NCBI GenBank assembly: GCA_035469245.1
Contig: DATISA010000213.1
Span: 2,595 to 66,594 of the forward strand
DNA: 64,000 nucleotides
From: Gemmatimonadaceae bacterium
GTDB taxonomy: Bacteria; Gemmatimonadota; Gemmatimonadetes; Gemmatimonadales; Gemmatimonadaceae
Direction: 5' to 3'
Numbering within the stretch: position 1 is the first letter of the stretch; each line of letters starts with the position of its first letter. Shown here piece after piece: positions 26,967 to 36,724 of this stretch. A program made the position numbers and the translations under genes. A model generated the notes under the pieces. That model was not told where the DNA came from, searched no databases, and saw only the letters and a list, made by a program, of their open reading frames with translations.

Positions 26967-28138
26967 TACAGGATCTCGTCGAGAATCCTCAGGCCGGCGG
27001 CCAGGTCGTCGCGTGAGGCCACGAGCGGCGGGAGGATTCGAACCGTGTACTCGCCGGCCGAGCAGACGAGCAACCCGGCGGACAATGCCTCGTTCACGAC
27101 ATGGGAGGCTGTCCCCATGACGTCGATTCCCCACATGTACCCGAGTCCGCGCACCGCACGAATGCGTCCCGTGCGTGCGGCCAGTTCGTTCAGTTGCGCG
27201 CCGAACCATGCGCCATTTCGCGCGACGCTGCCCAGCAGCGCGGGATCCGACAACCGCTCGAGCACGTAGTTCGCCACCGTCGCGAGAAACGGCCCGCCAC
27301 CGAACGTCGTACCGTGATCGCCGGGTTTGATCGTCGACGCGATCGCCTCGGTCATGAGCACGGCACCCATCGGCAGGCCGCCTGCGATCGGTTTGGCGAG
27401 CGTCAGGATGTCCGGCTCGATTCCGAACTGTTCGTACGCGAACAAGGTCCCGGTGCGGCCGAGTCCACACTGGATCTCGTCGAGAATGAGTGCCACGTCT
27501 CGCTCGCGCGTGAGTGCGCGGAGCTCTCTGACAAAGCCCGCGTCGAGCACTCGCACGCCGCCTTCACCCTGAATCGGCTCGAGAATGACCGCGGCAGTCG
27601 TCTCGGCGTCCAGCGCCACCGCCAGATCCTCGATGTCCCGCTCGACGATGAAGATTCCCGGCGCCAGTGGTCGGAACGGCGCGCGGTACGAAGGGCGGTC
27701 CGTGGCCGCGAGCGTACCGAAAAGCCGCCCGTGAAACGATCCGCGCAGGGCGACGATTTCGTGCTTCGTCTCGTGCAGCGATCGTCCCCAACGACGCGCG
27801 AACTTGAAGGCTGCTTCGTTCGCCTCGCCACCGGAGTTGCAGAAGAAGACCTTGGACGCGAACGACTGCTCCACCAACGCCGCGGCCAGCCGCTCACCTG
27901 GCTCGGCCGAGTAGAGGTTGGAGACGTGAATGAGACCTTCGGCCGCTTGCTGCATCACGGCGCGCAGTCCCGGATCGCCATAGCCGAGCGCGTTCACCGC
28001 GATTCCGCTCACGAAGTCCAGATACCGATTGCCATCCGCGTCGATGAGATGCACCCCGTCGCCGGCGACGAACGAGACTGGCGCGCGTTTGTAATTGCCA
28101 AGGAGAGCGTCGGTCGTCGGCGCAACAGAGATCGTCAT
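26966..28138 (-). CDS. argD: Acetylornithine aminotransferase
   Basis: Class III PLP aminotransferase motifs: GIAVNALGYGDP, ILDEIQCGLGRTG, TLAKPIAGGLPMGA, HGTTFGG. Arg cluster context. Confidence 0.92.
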   Translation of the reverse strand: MTISVAPTTDALLGNYKRAPVSFVAGDGVHLIDADGNRYLDFVSGIAVNALGYGDPGLRAVMQQAAEGLIHVSNLYSAEPGERLAAALVEQSFASKVFFCNSGGEANEAAFKFARRWGRSLHETKHEIVALRGSFHGRLFGTLAATDRPSYRAPFRPLAPGIFIVERDIEDLAVALDAETTAAVILEPIQGEGGVRVLDAGFVRELRALTRERDVALILDEIQCGLGRTGTLFAYEQFGIEPDILTLAKPIAGGLPMGAVLMTEAIASTIKPGDHGTTFGGGPFLATVANYVLERLSDPALLGSVARNGAWFGAQLNELAARTGRIRAVRGLGYMWGIDVMGTASHVVNEALSAGLLVCSAGEYTVRILPPLVASRDDLAAGLRILDEIL

Positions 28139-28899
28139 GACAAGTCTCCAAAGTTCTGAATGGATGTCCCGCGGTTGGAGTCGCCGATCGCCGCGACGTC
28201 CGAAATACGAACTCTCGGTACGCCACCCTCGATTGCCCTGAGCGCGGCCTGCAGTTTGGCGTGCATACCACCGACGGCGACGCCGTCAGCGAGCAGTCGG
28301 CGTGCTTCAATCGCCGTCAGCCGCGGCACGACGCGCCCCTCACTGAGAACCCCTTCCACGTCGGCAACGAGCAGCAGCTCGGCCGCGCCAAGGGCACTGG
28401 CGATTGCGGCCGCGGCATCGTCTCCATTGACGTTCAGGGCGCCACCCAGCTCGCCGCTGCCGTCACGGCTCACGGGCGAAATCACCGGCAGGTATCCGCC
28501 GGACAGCAGGTGGCGCAGGAACGCGACGTTCACTCGCCCCGGCACGCCCACATGTCCGAGACGCGAGGCATCCATTGGCGTCGCGGCAATGAGCGCGGCA
28601 TCCTCACCCGAAAGGCCGACGGCGTCGACGCCACTGGCGACGAGGCTCGATACGAGGCGCTTATTCGCGCTGCCCGACAGCGCCATTCGGACGAGATCGA
28701 CATCCTCCGCCGTCGTGACGCGGCGTCCGTCGACGAAGGTGGTGGTAACGCCGAACGCCTGTTGCAGCGCCGAAACCTCATCGCCGCCGCCGTGCACGAG
28801 CACGACGCCGCCATTCGCACGGTCCCAGCCCGCCGCGACCGCCGCTGGAAGCGCCGGGTCGGACTGCGGTCGGCCTCCGACTTTGATGACGCGCGTCAT
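28135..28899 (-). CDS. argB: Acetylglutamate kinase
   Basis: MTRVIKVGGRP...VVLVHGGGDEVS...GVTTTFVDGRRVT...NVNGDDAAAAIA. ATGA overlaps with argC upstream and argD downstream. Confidence 0.9.
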   Translation of the reverse strand: MTRVIKVGGRPQSDPALPAAVAAGWDRANGGVVLVHGGGDEVSALQQAFGVTTTFVDGRRVTTAEDVDLVRMALSGSANKRLVSSLVASGVDAVGLSGEDAALIAATPMDASRLGHVGVPGRVNVAFLRHLLSGGYLPVISPVSRDGSGELGGALNVNGDDAAAAIASALGAAELLLVADVEGVLSEGRVVPRLTAIEARRLLADGVAVGGMHAKLQAALRAIEGGVPRVRISDVAAIGDSNRGTSIQNFGDLS

Positions 28900-29876
28900 G
28901 CCGGCAGCCCCGCGGTCTCTTCCAAGCCGAGCATGAGGTTGGCGTTCTGCACCGCCTGGCCGGCAGCCCCCTTGAGGAGGTTGTCGATCGCCGACGTCAC
29001 GAGGAGCGTCGGCGTGCGTGTGCCGGCTACCGGAGTCGCCGAGATTCGGACCACGTTCCGTCCGACGACGTCGTGCAGGCTCGGCGTCTCGGTCGTGACC
29101 TCGATGAAGGGCTCGCCGGCGTACGCTTCGCGCCATGCCTCGAGCGCATCCGCGATCGGCGCCGCCAGCGGAACAGTGATCGTCGATAGGATGCCCCGCG
29201 CGACGGGCAGCAGATGCGGCGTGAACACGAGGTCTGCGTCCACGTCCCAGGCAGCCAGCGTTGCGCTCATCTCCTTCAAGTGGCGATGGCTGTTGCCGAT
29301 CCCATAGGCGCGGAAATCTTCCGTCACTTCGGCGAACAGGTACTCGCGCTTGGGAGCGTTCCCAGCCCCGGTGACGCCGCTCGCTGAATTCGCGATGATC
29401 GAAGCGCCCGTCGCGATGAGGCCACGAACTGCGAGCGGGGCAAGGGCGACGAGGATCGACGTGGGATAGCAGCCGGGATTTGCGACGAGCGACGAGCCGC
29501 GAACGACCTGGCGATTGAGTTCGGTGAGTCCGTACGCAATTCCGTCGCACCCGTTGCCAGGGCGCAGGTCAGCCGATAGATCAACAGCTCGCGCGCCGGC
29601 CTCGCGGGCGCGCACCACCCAATCTTTCGAGGCGCCGTGCGGCAGCGCGCTGAAGACGAGCTCGACATCTTGCAGTCGCGCGTCTTCGGCCGCCCCGAAG
29701 CGGAGCTCACGGCCCCCGATGCGCGCAACCGCGCCACGCTGGTCGTTTGCAGTCGCAAACGCCAGCTCGAGCGCTGGATGCTGCCAAATGAGGCGACAGA
29801 GCTCGCGGCCGGCGTACCCACTCGCGCCGAGAACTCCAACTGGAATCTTATTCACAGCGAATGCATAATAATGCAT
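28896..29876 (-). CDS. argC: N-acetyl-gamma-glutamyl-phosphate reductase
   Basis: VGVLGASGYAGRELCRLI, active-site region LVANPGCYPTS. The start is uncertain: ATG at 29876 or GTG at 29855 (VNKIPVGVLGASGYAG, better length match to known ArgC N-termini). Confidence 0.9.
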   Translation of the reverse strand: MHYYAFAVNKIPVGVLGASGYAGRELCRLIWQHPALELAFATANDQRGAVARIGGRELRFGAAEDARLQDVELVFSALPHGASKDWVVRAREAGARAVDLSADLRPGNGCDGIAYGLTELNRQVVRGSSLVANPGCYPTSILVALAPLAVRGLIATGASIIANSASGVTGAGNAPKREYLFAEVTEDFRAYGIGNSHRHLKEMSATLAAWDVDADLVFTPHLLPVARGILSTITVPLAAPIADALEAWREAYAGEPFIEVTTETPSLHDVVGRNVVRISATPVAGTRTPTLLVTSAIDNLLKGAAGQAVQNANLMLGLEETAGLPA

Positions 29877-29877
29877 G
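29860..29877. promoter_or_regulatory. ARG-box-like operator in the argC/argR divergent spacer
   Basis: aaTGCATAATAATGCAtg: perfect TGCAT-N4(AT)-ATGCA palindrome (29862-29875), same architecture as the E. coli ARG box tnTGAATwwwwATTCAnw. Lies 64 nt upstream of argR and at the argC start. Confidence 0.65.
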
Positions 29878-29940
29878 ATTCCCAAGTCAATGCTTTCACG
29901 CGCGAAAACAACGACTGTCGCGACCCGGCGGCGAGGCTGA

Positions 29941-30399
29941 ATGGCCAGCAAGGGTGATCGACAGCAGGCTATCGTTCGCCTGATAGGGAGCAGCCAGATC
30001 TCGAGTCAAGAGGACTTGAAGCGGCTGCTGGCGGCCGAGGGCTTTGTTGTCACTCAGGCGACACTGTCGCGAGACTTGCGCGATCTTGGTGTTGTGCGCG
30101 CGCCCGGCGGCAATGGCGCGCGCTACCTCCTGCCCGAGATGGTGTCTGACGAAGCTAAACCATCGCTGGAGATTCTCTTACCTCAGCTCTTCTCACGTAT
30201 CGATGGAGTGTCGGAGCTGATCGTTCTTCACACCCTGCCGAGCGGTGCCCAGCCGATCGCAGAGGCTGTGGACGCACAGGGTTGGCCAGAGATTATGGGG
30301 ACCCTGGCTGGCGAGAATACGATCCTGATCGTTTGCCGCTCGATGGAGGCGCGGTTGTCGCTCACGGAGCGACTCCTCGAGTTGGCGAACGTTCGGTGA
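29941..30399 (+). CDS. argR: Arginine repressor
   Basis: N-terminal wHTH RQQAIVRLIGSSQISSQEDLKRLLAAEGFVVTQATLSRDLRDLGVVR and C-terminal oligomerisation/arginine domain GTLAGENTILIVC. Confidence 0.92.
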   Translation: MASKGDRQQAIVRLIGSSQISSQEDLKRLLAAEGFVVTQATLSRDLRDLGVVRAPGGNGARYLLPEMVSDEAKPSLEILLPQLFSRIDGVSELIVLHTLPSGAQPIAEAVDAQGWPEIMGTLAGENTILIVCRSMEARLSLTERLLELANVR

Positions 30400-30445
30400 A
30401 TCGGGCTTGATTTCGGGCATTGACCGGCGGGATCGAATCGACTAA

Positions 30446-30475
30446 ATATGCAATTGTTCTGCATAACTTTGCATA
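30446..30475. promoter_or_regulatory. ARG-box-like operator(s) upstream of argG
   Basis: ATATGCAattgttcTGCATAACTTTGCATAT: TGCAT-N4-TTGCA (30460-30473, one mismatch to the palindrome) plus an extra ATATGCA half-site (30446-30452). Ends 14 nt before the SD GAGGAG of argG. Confidence 0.55.
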
Positions 30476-30488
30476 TTGAGGAGCGCCC

Positions 30489-31754
30489 ATGCCCCGCACG
30501 ATCGTGCTCGCCTATTCTGGTGGTCTCGACACCTCGATCATCGTTCCCTGGCTCAAAGAGAACTACGATGGCGCGCGCGTTATCTGCGTCGCTGCTGATA
30601 TCGGACAAGGAAAGGATGAGCTCGCGGGGGTGCGCGCGAAGGCGCTCGCTTCGGGAGCCGACGAGTGCTACGTGGAGGACCTGCGGGAGGAGTTCGTTGA
30701 ATCCTTCATCTATCCGACACTCCGGGCTGGTGCGATCTACAACCGGAAGTACCTGCTTGGCACGTCGATGGCACGACCGCTCATTGCGCGTAGACAAGTC
30801 GAGGTCGCGCGCGAAGTCGGCGCTGACGCGCTCGCGCACGGATGCACCGGTAAGGGCAACGATCAGGTTCGCTTCGAGCTGACCTACGCCGCCTTCGCCC
30901 CGGACCTGCCCGTAATTGCGCCTTGGCGCGAGTGGGACATTCGCAGTCGTGAGGACGCGATCGCATACGCGGAATCGCGCGGCATTCCGGTCGCCGCCAC
31001 GCGTCAGAAGATCTATTCGCGAGATGCCAACCTCTGGCATCTCTCGCACGAAGGCGGAGTCCTCGAAAACCCCAACGCGGCCCCGCCGGACGACCTCCTG
31101 ATGCTGACGCGAACCGTGACGGAGGCGCCGAATACGCCGGAGACCGTGACAATCGGATTCGAAGGCGGCACGCCAGTCACCGTCAATGGGGCTGCGCTCT
31201 CGCCAGTGGACCTGATCTCCGCACTGAACGCCATTGGTGGCCTCCATGGGTGCGGCGTCGTCGACCTCGTCGAGGATCGGCTCGTCGGCATGAAGTCGCG
31301 TGGCGTGTATGAGACGCCTGGCGGTGCGTTGCTCTACACGGCGCACTCGGAGCTCGAGCAGCTCGTCCTCGATCGCCGCACGCTCGCGGCCAAGGATCTC
31401 ATCGCGCCTCGGTACGCGGACCTCGTGTACGAGGGTCGGTGGTGGACCACCGAGCGCGAGGCCTATGACGCATTCGTCGCCGTCACCCAGCAGCGCGTGA
31501 CCGGCTCGGTGTCGTTGCGGCTGTACAAGGGATCGGCCGCGGTCGTCGGTCGGCAGAGCGAGCACGCATTGTACGATGAGCGGTTCGTCACCTTCGGGGA
31601 GGATGACGTGTATCAGCAGAGCGACGCCGCAGGATTCATTCGGTTGTTCGCCCTGCCGAGCCGCGTCCGTGCACTCAAGGACCAGGAGCTCGGGCTCACC
31701 CCCGCGCCAACCGTGTCGGAGCCGTCGGTCGAGCCGACGTTGCAGATCGCGTGA
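30489..31754 (+). CDS. argG: Argininosuccinate synthase
   Basis: [24 protein letters not shown], and the [14 protein letters not shown] signature. Confidence 0.95.
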   Translation: MPRTIVLAYSGGLDTSIIVPWLKENYDGARVICVAADIGQGKDELAGVRAKALASGADECYVEDLREEFVESFIYPTLRAGAIYNRKYLLGTSMARPLIARRQVEVAREVGADALAHGCTGKGNDQVRFELTYAAFAPDLPVIAPWREWDIRSREDAIAYAESRGIPVAATRQKIYSRDANLWHLSHEGGVLENPNAAPPDDLLMLTRTVTEAPNTPETVTIGFEGGTPVTVNGAALSPVDLISALNAIGGLHGCGVVDLVEDRLVGMKSRGVYETPGGALLYTAHSELEQLVLDRRTLAAKDLIAPRYADLVYEGRWWTTEREAYDAFVAVTQQRVTGSVSLRLYKGSAAVVGRQSEHALYDERFVTFGEDDVYQQSDAAGFIRLFALPSRVRALKDQELGLTPAPTVSEPSVEPTLQIA

Positions 31755-33154
31755 CGACGGCGGAGTTGCGGGCCACGCCGGCGCACGCTCACAAGCTCTG
31801 GGGCGGCCGGTTCGCCGCTGGCGCGGCGGCCGATTTCGAGAATTTGAATAACTCGATCGGCGTTGATTTCCGGCTCTGGGCCTTTGACGTGCGACTGTCC
31901 AAGGCCTGGGCGATGGCGCTGTACAAGGCCGGGGTTCTCACCCTCGATGAGTGCACCGACATCGAGCACGGCCTCGATGCCGTCGCGGCACGCCTCGACT
32001 CGGGCGAGGCCCCGACACCGAGCGATGAAGACGTGCACACGCTCATCGATCGGCTGCTGCACGAAGAGATTGGCGACGTCGCCTCGAAGCTGCACACTGG
32101 CCGGAGCCGCAATGATCAGGTTGCGACAGCGACTCGACTGTGGGCAATGGAGGCCGTCGATCGGCTCGACACGGCAGTACGCAACCTGCAGCACGTGGTG
32201 GTCGACCGCGCGCGCGAGCTCGACACCGCGCTCATGCCGTCGTACACACACATGCAGCGCGCCATGCCGGTCCTGGCGGCGCATTGGCTGCTCGCGCATT
32301 TCTGGCCGCTGGAGCGCGATCGCGAACGCTTGCGCTCATCGAAGAAGTCCGCGGGCGTGCTCCCACTGGGATCGGGCGCCGTTGCGGGATCGGCCTATCC
32401 GATCTCGCGCGTGCTGCTCCAGGGCGCGCTCGGATTCGCGGCGGTCTCGCCGAACTCGGTCGATGCGGTCAGCGACCGTGACTTCGTTGCCGAACTGCTT
32501 TTCGCCGCCGCGATGATCGGGACGCACGTCTCGCGCTTCGCCGAGGACTTGATCATCTACGGCTCGAGCGAGTTCGGTTTCGTGCAGTTCGGGGACGCGT
32601 ACACGTCGGGTTCGAGCATGATGCCGCAAAAGCGGAATCCTGACGCGCTCGAGCTGGCGCGCGGGTCCGCGGCGAGAATGCTCGGGAATCTGACGACGCT
32701 CCTGGCGACTCTCAAAGGACTGCCGAGCAGCTACAACAAAGACCTGCAAGACGACAAGCGTGTCCTGTTCGACGCGGTCGACACGCTGCTGCGCGTCCTG
32801 CCGGCTATCGCTGGCGCCCTCGCCGAGTGCGAATTCAAGCCGCAACGAATGCGCGCCGCGCTTTCCAGCACGATGATGGCGACCGACCTCGCGGACTATC
32901 TCGTACGCAAAGGCTCCACGTTCCGCGAGGCCCACCAGGCGGTGGGGCGACTCATCCGTCGCTGCGAGGAAGAGCGAGTCGGATTGCACACCCTCCCCCT
33001 CGCAGCGTTCGAAGAGGCCCACGCGCTGTTCGGCCGGGACGTTTTCGACGCACTGTCGCCGTTGCGATCGATCGAGCAGCGCGAGGTCGACGGCGGCACG
33101 GGGCCGTCTGCCGTGCGCGAACAGCTCGAAGCTGCCCAGCGGGCGTTACTCTGA
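31751..33154 (+). CDS. argH: Argininosuccinate lyase
   Basis: [14 protein letters not shown], and [15 protein letters not shown] (fumarate lyase signature). Overlaps the argG stop. Confidence 0.95.
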   Translation: MTTAELRATPAHAHKLWGGRFAAGAAADFENLNNSIGVDFRLWAFDVRLSKAWAMALYKAGVLTLDECTDIEHGLDAVAARLDSGEAPTPSDEDVHTLIDRLLHEEIGDVASKLHTGRSRNDQVATATRLWAMEAVDRLDTAVRNLQHVVVDRARELDTALMPSYTHMQRAMPVLAAHWLLAHFWPLERDRERLRSSKKSAGVLPLGSGAVAGSAYPISRVLLQGALGFAAVSPNSVDAVSDRDFVAELLFAAAMIGTHVSRFAEDLIIYGSSEFGFVQFGDAYTSGSSMMPQKRNPDALELARGSAARMLGNLTTLLATLKGLPSSYNKDLQDDKRVLFDAVDTLLRVLPAIAGALAECEFKPQRMRAALSSTMMATDLADYLVRKGSTFREAHQAVGRLIRRCEEERVGLHTLPLAAFEEAHALFGRDVFDALSPLRSIEQREVDGGTGPSAVREQLEAAQRALL

Positions 33155-33183
33155 GCCGCGTCGCCGAGTGACGCCGCGGAAGG

Positions 33184-33708
33184 TCAGAACAGCAGCCCGA
33201 AGCTGATCGGAACGAGGTGCGCGTCCGCGTTCGAGACCTGGTGGTATCGCGCCTCCAGGTAGGCCGAGAAGCCGCTCAGCGGGAAGCGGAACCCACCCCC
33301 GAAGTTCCAGCCGAAATCAGTTTCCGATTGGCCCGGCACTTTGGTGTCGTAGAAACCGATTCCCCCAATTGCGTACAGCTTGCTCCCGGTCGTTCCCATG
33401 TTTGCGAGGTCGTAGCTCGCATTCGCGGTCAGGCCGGCAACGTGCACGTCGCCGCCCCCGCTCTTTGCGCTGAACGCGTTGTAGGTGCCTTCTGCCCGAA
33501 AGCCGAGCGCAGAGCTTCTGTCCTGCACCCCAAGGCCAACGGTGAAGTGATACCCGACATCGACCGCATCCGAAAAAGTGCCGGTCGGTAGCGTCGCACC
33601 CGCGGCGATGTTGAAGTGGGTCGAACTGTGCGTCGCCTGGGCATGCCCGAACTCAGGCATCGAGACCAGGGCTACAGCAAGCACGGTCGAGCGAAGAGGG
33701 AAGTGCAT
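33184..33708 (-). CDS. Small outer-membrane beta-barrel protein (OmpW/OmpA-beta-barrel-like)
   Basis: Start at MHFPLRSTVLAVALVSMPEFGHAQA (signal). Alternating hydrophobic beta-strand pattern. C-terminal ...LVPISFGLLF (terminal Phe). Confidence 0.75.
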   Translation of the reverse strand: MHFPLRSTVLAVALVSMPEFGHAQATHSSTHFNIAAGATLPTGTFSDAVDVGYHFTVGLGVQDRSSALGFRAEGTYNAFSAKSGGGDVHVAGLTANASYDLANMGTTGSKLYAIGGIGFYDTKVPGQSETDFGWNFGGGFRFPLSGFSAYLEARYHQVSNADAHLVPISFGLLF

Positions 33709-33881
33709 TGTTAGTTCCGGGTTGGTGTGCGGCGTTGACGGGCTTCCAGTTCCATGCCAGCGGAGGTCAAGGGTTTCCGCCGAGGCGTCCTGTTGCAAGG
33801 CATGGCATTGCGTGAAGGACCAGGTCGAACGATAATGTTCCTTAGACTGAAGACTTGTTTTGGCTCGACAGCTGCTAAAAA

Positions 33882-33899
33882 ATCCTTTCTGAAAAGGAT
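33882..33899 (+). promoter_or_regulatory. 7-bp inverted repeat (ATCCTTT-ctga-AAAGGAT) overlapping the SD of the downstream gene
   Basis: The right arm contains AAGGA 5 nt before the GTG at 33904. The left arm TCCTTT is a perfect anti-SD. Preceded by a TAAAAA -10-like element. Local GC is far below the window average. Confidence 0.5.
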
Positions 33900-33903
33900 A
33901 ATT

Positions 33904-34290
33904 GTGTCGCCAACGTATCACATTGATATAGCTGGATATGCATCTGGCGCCGATAGGAAATGGGTGGATAATCTCCTGTCGCACTTCGAAGTACCAGGTG
34001 TTGAACAACGTCGCAGAGGCGCTGCACGGCGCGTCACTCAGACAGGGCTCTACCACATCGCGCTGGTTCGAGCCATAGCGCAGGAGCTAGGCGCCCCTAT
34101 CAAAACTTCGGTCGCGCTCGCCACGACGCTGATGCGGGCACATCCCTCCGAGCTGCCCATCTTCGGTACGCTGACGCTCCGGTTCGACCGCGACCGATTT
34201 CAGCGCGATGTGGACGTGCGCGTGGCCGAGGCTGTGGAGGCGATCGTGCCGGCACGGCGTGGGCGTCCACCGGCACGAGGGATCGGATGA
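33904..34290 (+). CDS. Hypothetical protein (about 128 aa)
   Basis: GTG start with SD. VSPTYHIDIAGYASGADRKWVDNLLSHFEVPGVEQ...GLYHIALVRAIAQELGAPIKTSVALATTLM. I cannot name a family. The track ORF opens at 33754, but that stretch is AT-rich and non-coding-like. Confidence 0.5.
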   Translation: MSPTYHIDIAGYASGADRKWVDNLLSHFEVPGVEQRRRGAARRVTQTGLYHIALVRAIAQELGAPIKTSVALATTLMRAHPSELPIFGTLTLRFDRDRFQRDVDVRVAEAVEAIVPARRGRPPARGIG

Positions 34291-34332
34291 GCTGAGCGAA
34301 AGGCGAAACGCACGTTGGCGCCGAGTCGGCTC

Positions 34333-34373
34333 GGAAAGAAACTGGGGCGCCTCACGACCGTGAGGCGCCCCAG
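34333..34373 (-). terminator. Rho-independent terminator of the second csp gene (possibly bidirectional)
   Basis: 14-bp perfect stem CTGGGGCGCCTCAC (34342-34355) / GTGAGGCGCCCCAG (34360-34373), 4-nt loop. On the minus strand it is followed by TTTCTTTC. Confidence 0.8.
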
Positions 34374-34394
34374 TGAATATCTTCGCATTTGAAC

Positions 34395-34610
34395 TCAGTG
34401 AGCGACCATCTTGCTCACGTTTTCCGCCGCCGGGCCCTTTTGGCCCTCCACGAGGTCGAACTCGACTGCCTCACCTTCAGCGAGTGTCTTGAACCCATTT
34501 CCCTGGATCGAACTGTAGTGGACGAAGCAGTCCTTGTCCCCGCCATCCGGCGTGATGAATCCAAACCCCTTGGCGTCGTTGAACCACTTCACCTTTCCGG
34601 TCGTACGCAT
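34395..34610 (-). CDS. Cold-shock protein, CspA family (second copy)
   Basis: [72 protein letters not shown] upstream. Confidence 0.95.
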   Translation of the reverse strand: MRTTGKVKWFNDAKGFGFITPDGGDKDCFVHYSSIQGNGFKTLAEGEAVEFDLVEGQKGPAAENVSKMVAH

Positions 34611-34716
34611 GTCCCACTCCTGAAGGTGCCATCCGCTACAACACCATGTTGCGCGGGCCGTAAACCCCATAACCTGGTGTCCGACACCCGCGGGCCCCTG
34701 GTTACAGGCGACGGCC

Positions 34717-34745
34717 AAACTAGTAAGCCGCGGATAGATGGTCAA
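34717..34745 (-). promoter_or_regulatory. Candidate promoter of csp copy 2 with a ~100-nt leader
   Basis: Minus strand: TTGACC (34745-34740), 17 nt, TAGTTT (34722-34717). Long csp leaders are typical of this family. Confidence 0.4.
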
Positions 34746-34787
34746 GCACTGATCAGTCAGGTCGGATCGTCGACGCCTATCTTTGAC

Positions 34788-36038
34788 ATGGACTCAATGA
34801 GGATCGGATTGATGACGTTTGAGCATCGGCGCCGGACTGTGTCCGTGTCCGTCGACGGAGTCGGCGTGGGATCGTCAGCACCGATCGTGGTGCAGTCGAT
34901 GACGAACACCGACACCGCGGACGCCGCCGCTACGGCGAAGCAGGTGCTCGATCTGGCACAGGCCGGGTCACAACTCGTTCGAGTCACCGTGAACAACGAG
35001 GCGGCCGCCGAGGCCGTGCCGGAGCTCGTGCAGCGGGCGCGCGATGCCGGCGTCGACGTGCCCATCATCGGCGATTTCCACTATAACGGACACCTGTTGC
35101 TGTCGAAGTACCCGGAGTGCGCTCGGGCGCTCGCCAAATACCGCATTAATCCGGGAAACGTCGGCGGCAAACGACGGGACGAGAACTTTCGAACGATCGT
35201 TCAGATCGCCGTCGACAACGGCAAACCCGTCCGCATTGGCGTGAATTGGGGATCGCTCGATCAGGATCTGCTGACCGAGATGATGGACGCCAATGCTCGC
35301 GCGGCGGCGCCGCGCGACGCGAAGGATGTCTACATCGAAGCGATGCTGGCGAGTGCGCTCCGATCGGCGGAGCTTGCCGAGGAGGTAGGTCTCGGGCACG
35401 ACCGGATCATCCTCTCAGCGAAGGTCTCCGGCGTTCAGGATCTGGTAGAGGTGTACCGGCGGCTCGCTTCTCGTTGCGACTACCCGCTCCACCTCGGCCT
35501 CACCGAGGCGGGTTTGGGCACGAAAGGGGTCGTCGCCAGCACCGCCGGGCTGTCGATTCTCCTCGCCGAGGGTATTGGCGACACGATTCGCGTCTCGCTT
35601 ACCCCCCGACCCAACGGTGACCGCACGGAAGAAGTGATCGTCGCGCAGCAGATCCTGCAGTCGCTCGGCCTCCGGAGCTTCGCGCCACAGGTGACGGCCT
35701 GTCCGGGCTGCGGCCGCACCACCTCGACTTTTTTTCAGCACATGGCCGAGGACATTCAGTCGTACATCCGGGAACAGATGTCCGGGTGGCGATTGCAGTT
35801 TCCGGGAGTCGAAGAGATGCGCGTAGCGGTCATGGGCTGCGTCGTGAACGGACCGGGCGAATCGAAGCACGCGAACATCGGCATCTCGCTTCCGGGAACG
35901 TTCGAGGAGCCCAAGGCGCCGGTGTATGTCGACGGAAGGCTGCTCACCACGCTCCGCGGCGAGAGCATCGTTCAGGATTTTCTAAAGATTCTCGACGACT
36001 ACGTCGAGTCGCACTACGCCTCGGCAGCCCCGGTATAG
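34788..36038 (+). CDS. ispG: 4-hydroxy-3-methylbut-2-en-1-yl diphosphate synthase (MEP pathway)
   Basis: [53 protein letters not shown]. Start at ATG 34788 or 34812. The track ORF from 34389 is an upstream read-through. Confidence 0.93.
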   Translation: MDSMRIGLMTFEHRRRTVSVSVDGVGVGSSAPIVVQSMTNTDTADAAATAKQVLDLAQAGSQLVRVTVNNEAAAEAVPELVQRARDAGVDVPIIGDFHYNGHLLLSKYPECARALAKYRINPGNVGGKRRDENFRTIVQIAVDNGKPVRIGVNWGSLDQDLLTEMMDANARAAAPRDAKDVYIEAMLASALRSAELAEEVGLGHDRIILSAKVSGVQDLVEVYRRLASRCDYPLHLGLTEAGLGTKGVVASTAGLSILLAEGIGDTIRVSLTPRPNGDRTEEVIVAQQILQSLGLRSFAPQVTACPGCGRTTSTFFQHMAEDIQSYIREQMSGWRLQFPGVEEMRVAVMGCVVNGPGESKHANIGISLPGTFEEPKAPVYVDGRLLTTLRGESIVQDFLKILDDYVESHYASAAPV

Positions 36039-36676
36039 CGGTTCGACGATTCCTCACGAGTCCCTTCGTCTCTCGCCCACGCCTCGAGCGCGACGACGAC
36101 GTGGTCGAGCTCGCGCAAGATCTCGCCCTGAAAGCCAACGCTCCGCAGCCGATCGAGAATGCGGCGATACCATCGTGCCGTGTCTTCGCGGTTCGCCGTG
36201 AATCGACGCCAGACCGTATCCGGGTCGATCGTTCGGCGTAGATCGGCCAGCAGCGTTGCCGCGTTGTGGAGTGCGTCGGCGGCGCACACCCAGCGCGCCG
36301 CGTCGCCGGCCAGCGAGAGACGCTCGAGGTAGTCGTCGCGACGCTCGTCGTACGAGAGCTCCACACCGTCGTCGTCGAGGCGGCGCTGCGTAACCGCGAG
36401 CACGGTGTCGAGCACGTCGGCACCGAACTTGTCGCCAATCCGCTGCTCGAGCATCTGACGCGTGTACGCTTCCCGCACGCAATCCTCGATCACGTCGTGG
36501 AGGATCCCCGCGACCACGGTCTGATCGTCCCGTTGGTACCGCGTGAGGACGATGGCCACATTCGCGGGATGCGTGAGGTATGGCAGTCGCGTGCCCTTTC
36601 GCACCTGCTGATCGTGGTGCTTCGCCGCGAACGCCAGCGCGTGGTTGATGCGATCCGAGTAGCCTGTGATCGTCAT
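36014..36676 (-). CDS. HD-domain (p)ppGpp hydrolase-like protein (RelA/SpoT hydrolase domain only; small alarmone hydrolase type)
   Basis: [32 protein letters not shown]...[13 protein letters not shown] matches the SpoT/Mesh1 HD motif. No synthetase domain. 25-nt convergent overlap with ispG. Confidence 0.75.
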   Translation of the reverse strand: MTITGYSDRINHALAFAAKHHDQQVRKGTRLPYLTHPANVAIVLTRYQRDDQTVVAGILHDVIEDCVREAYTRQMLEQRIGDKFGADVLDTVLAVTQRRLDDDGVELSYDERRDDYLERLSLAGDAARWVCAADALHNAATLLADLRRTIDPDTVWRRFTANREDTARWYRRILDRLRSVGFQGEILRELDHVVVALEAWARDEGTREESSNRYTGAAEA

Positions 36677-36724
36677 GGCCCGAGCATCAGCCTACATCTG
36701 GGGTGAGAGTGCGTCAACCACGGA

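Noticed and set aside
27036-27046. GGATTCGAACC, the reverse complement of the tRNA T-loop consensus GGTTCGAATCC
   Set aside because: It lies inside argD coding sequence (GEYTVRILPPLV). The flanks cannot form a 5-bp T-stem or an acceptor stem. I found no tRNA in the window.
33155-33183. Possible bidirectional terminator between argH and the OMP gene
   Set aside because: It has only a 5-bp GCGTC/GACGC stem with no U-tract on either strand. The evidence is not convincing.
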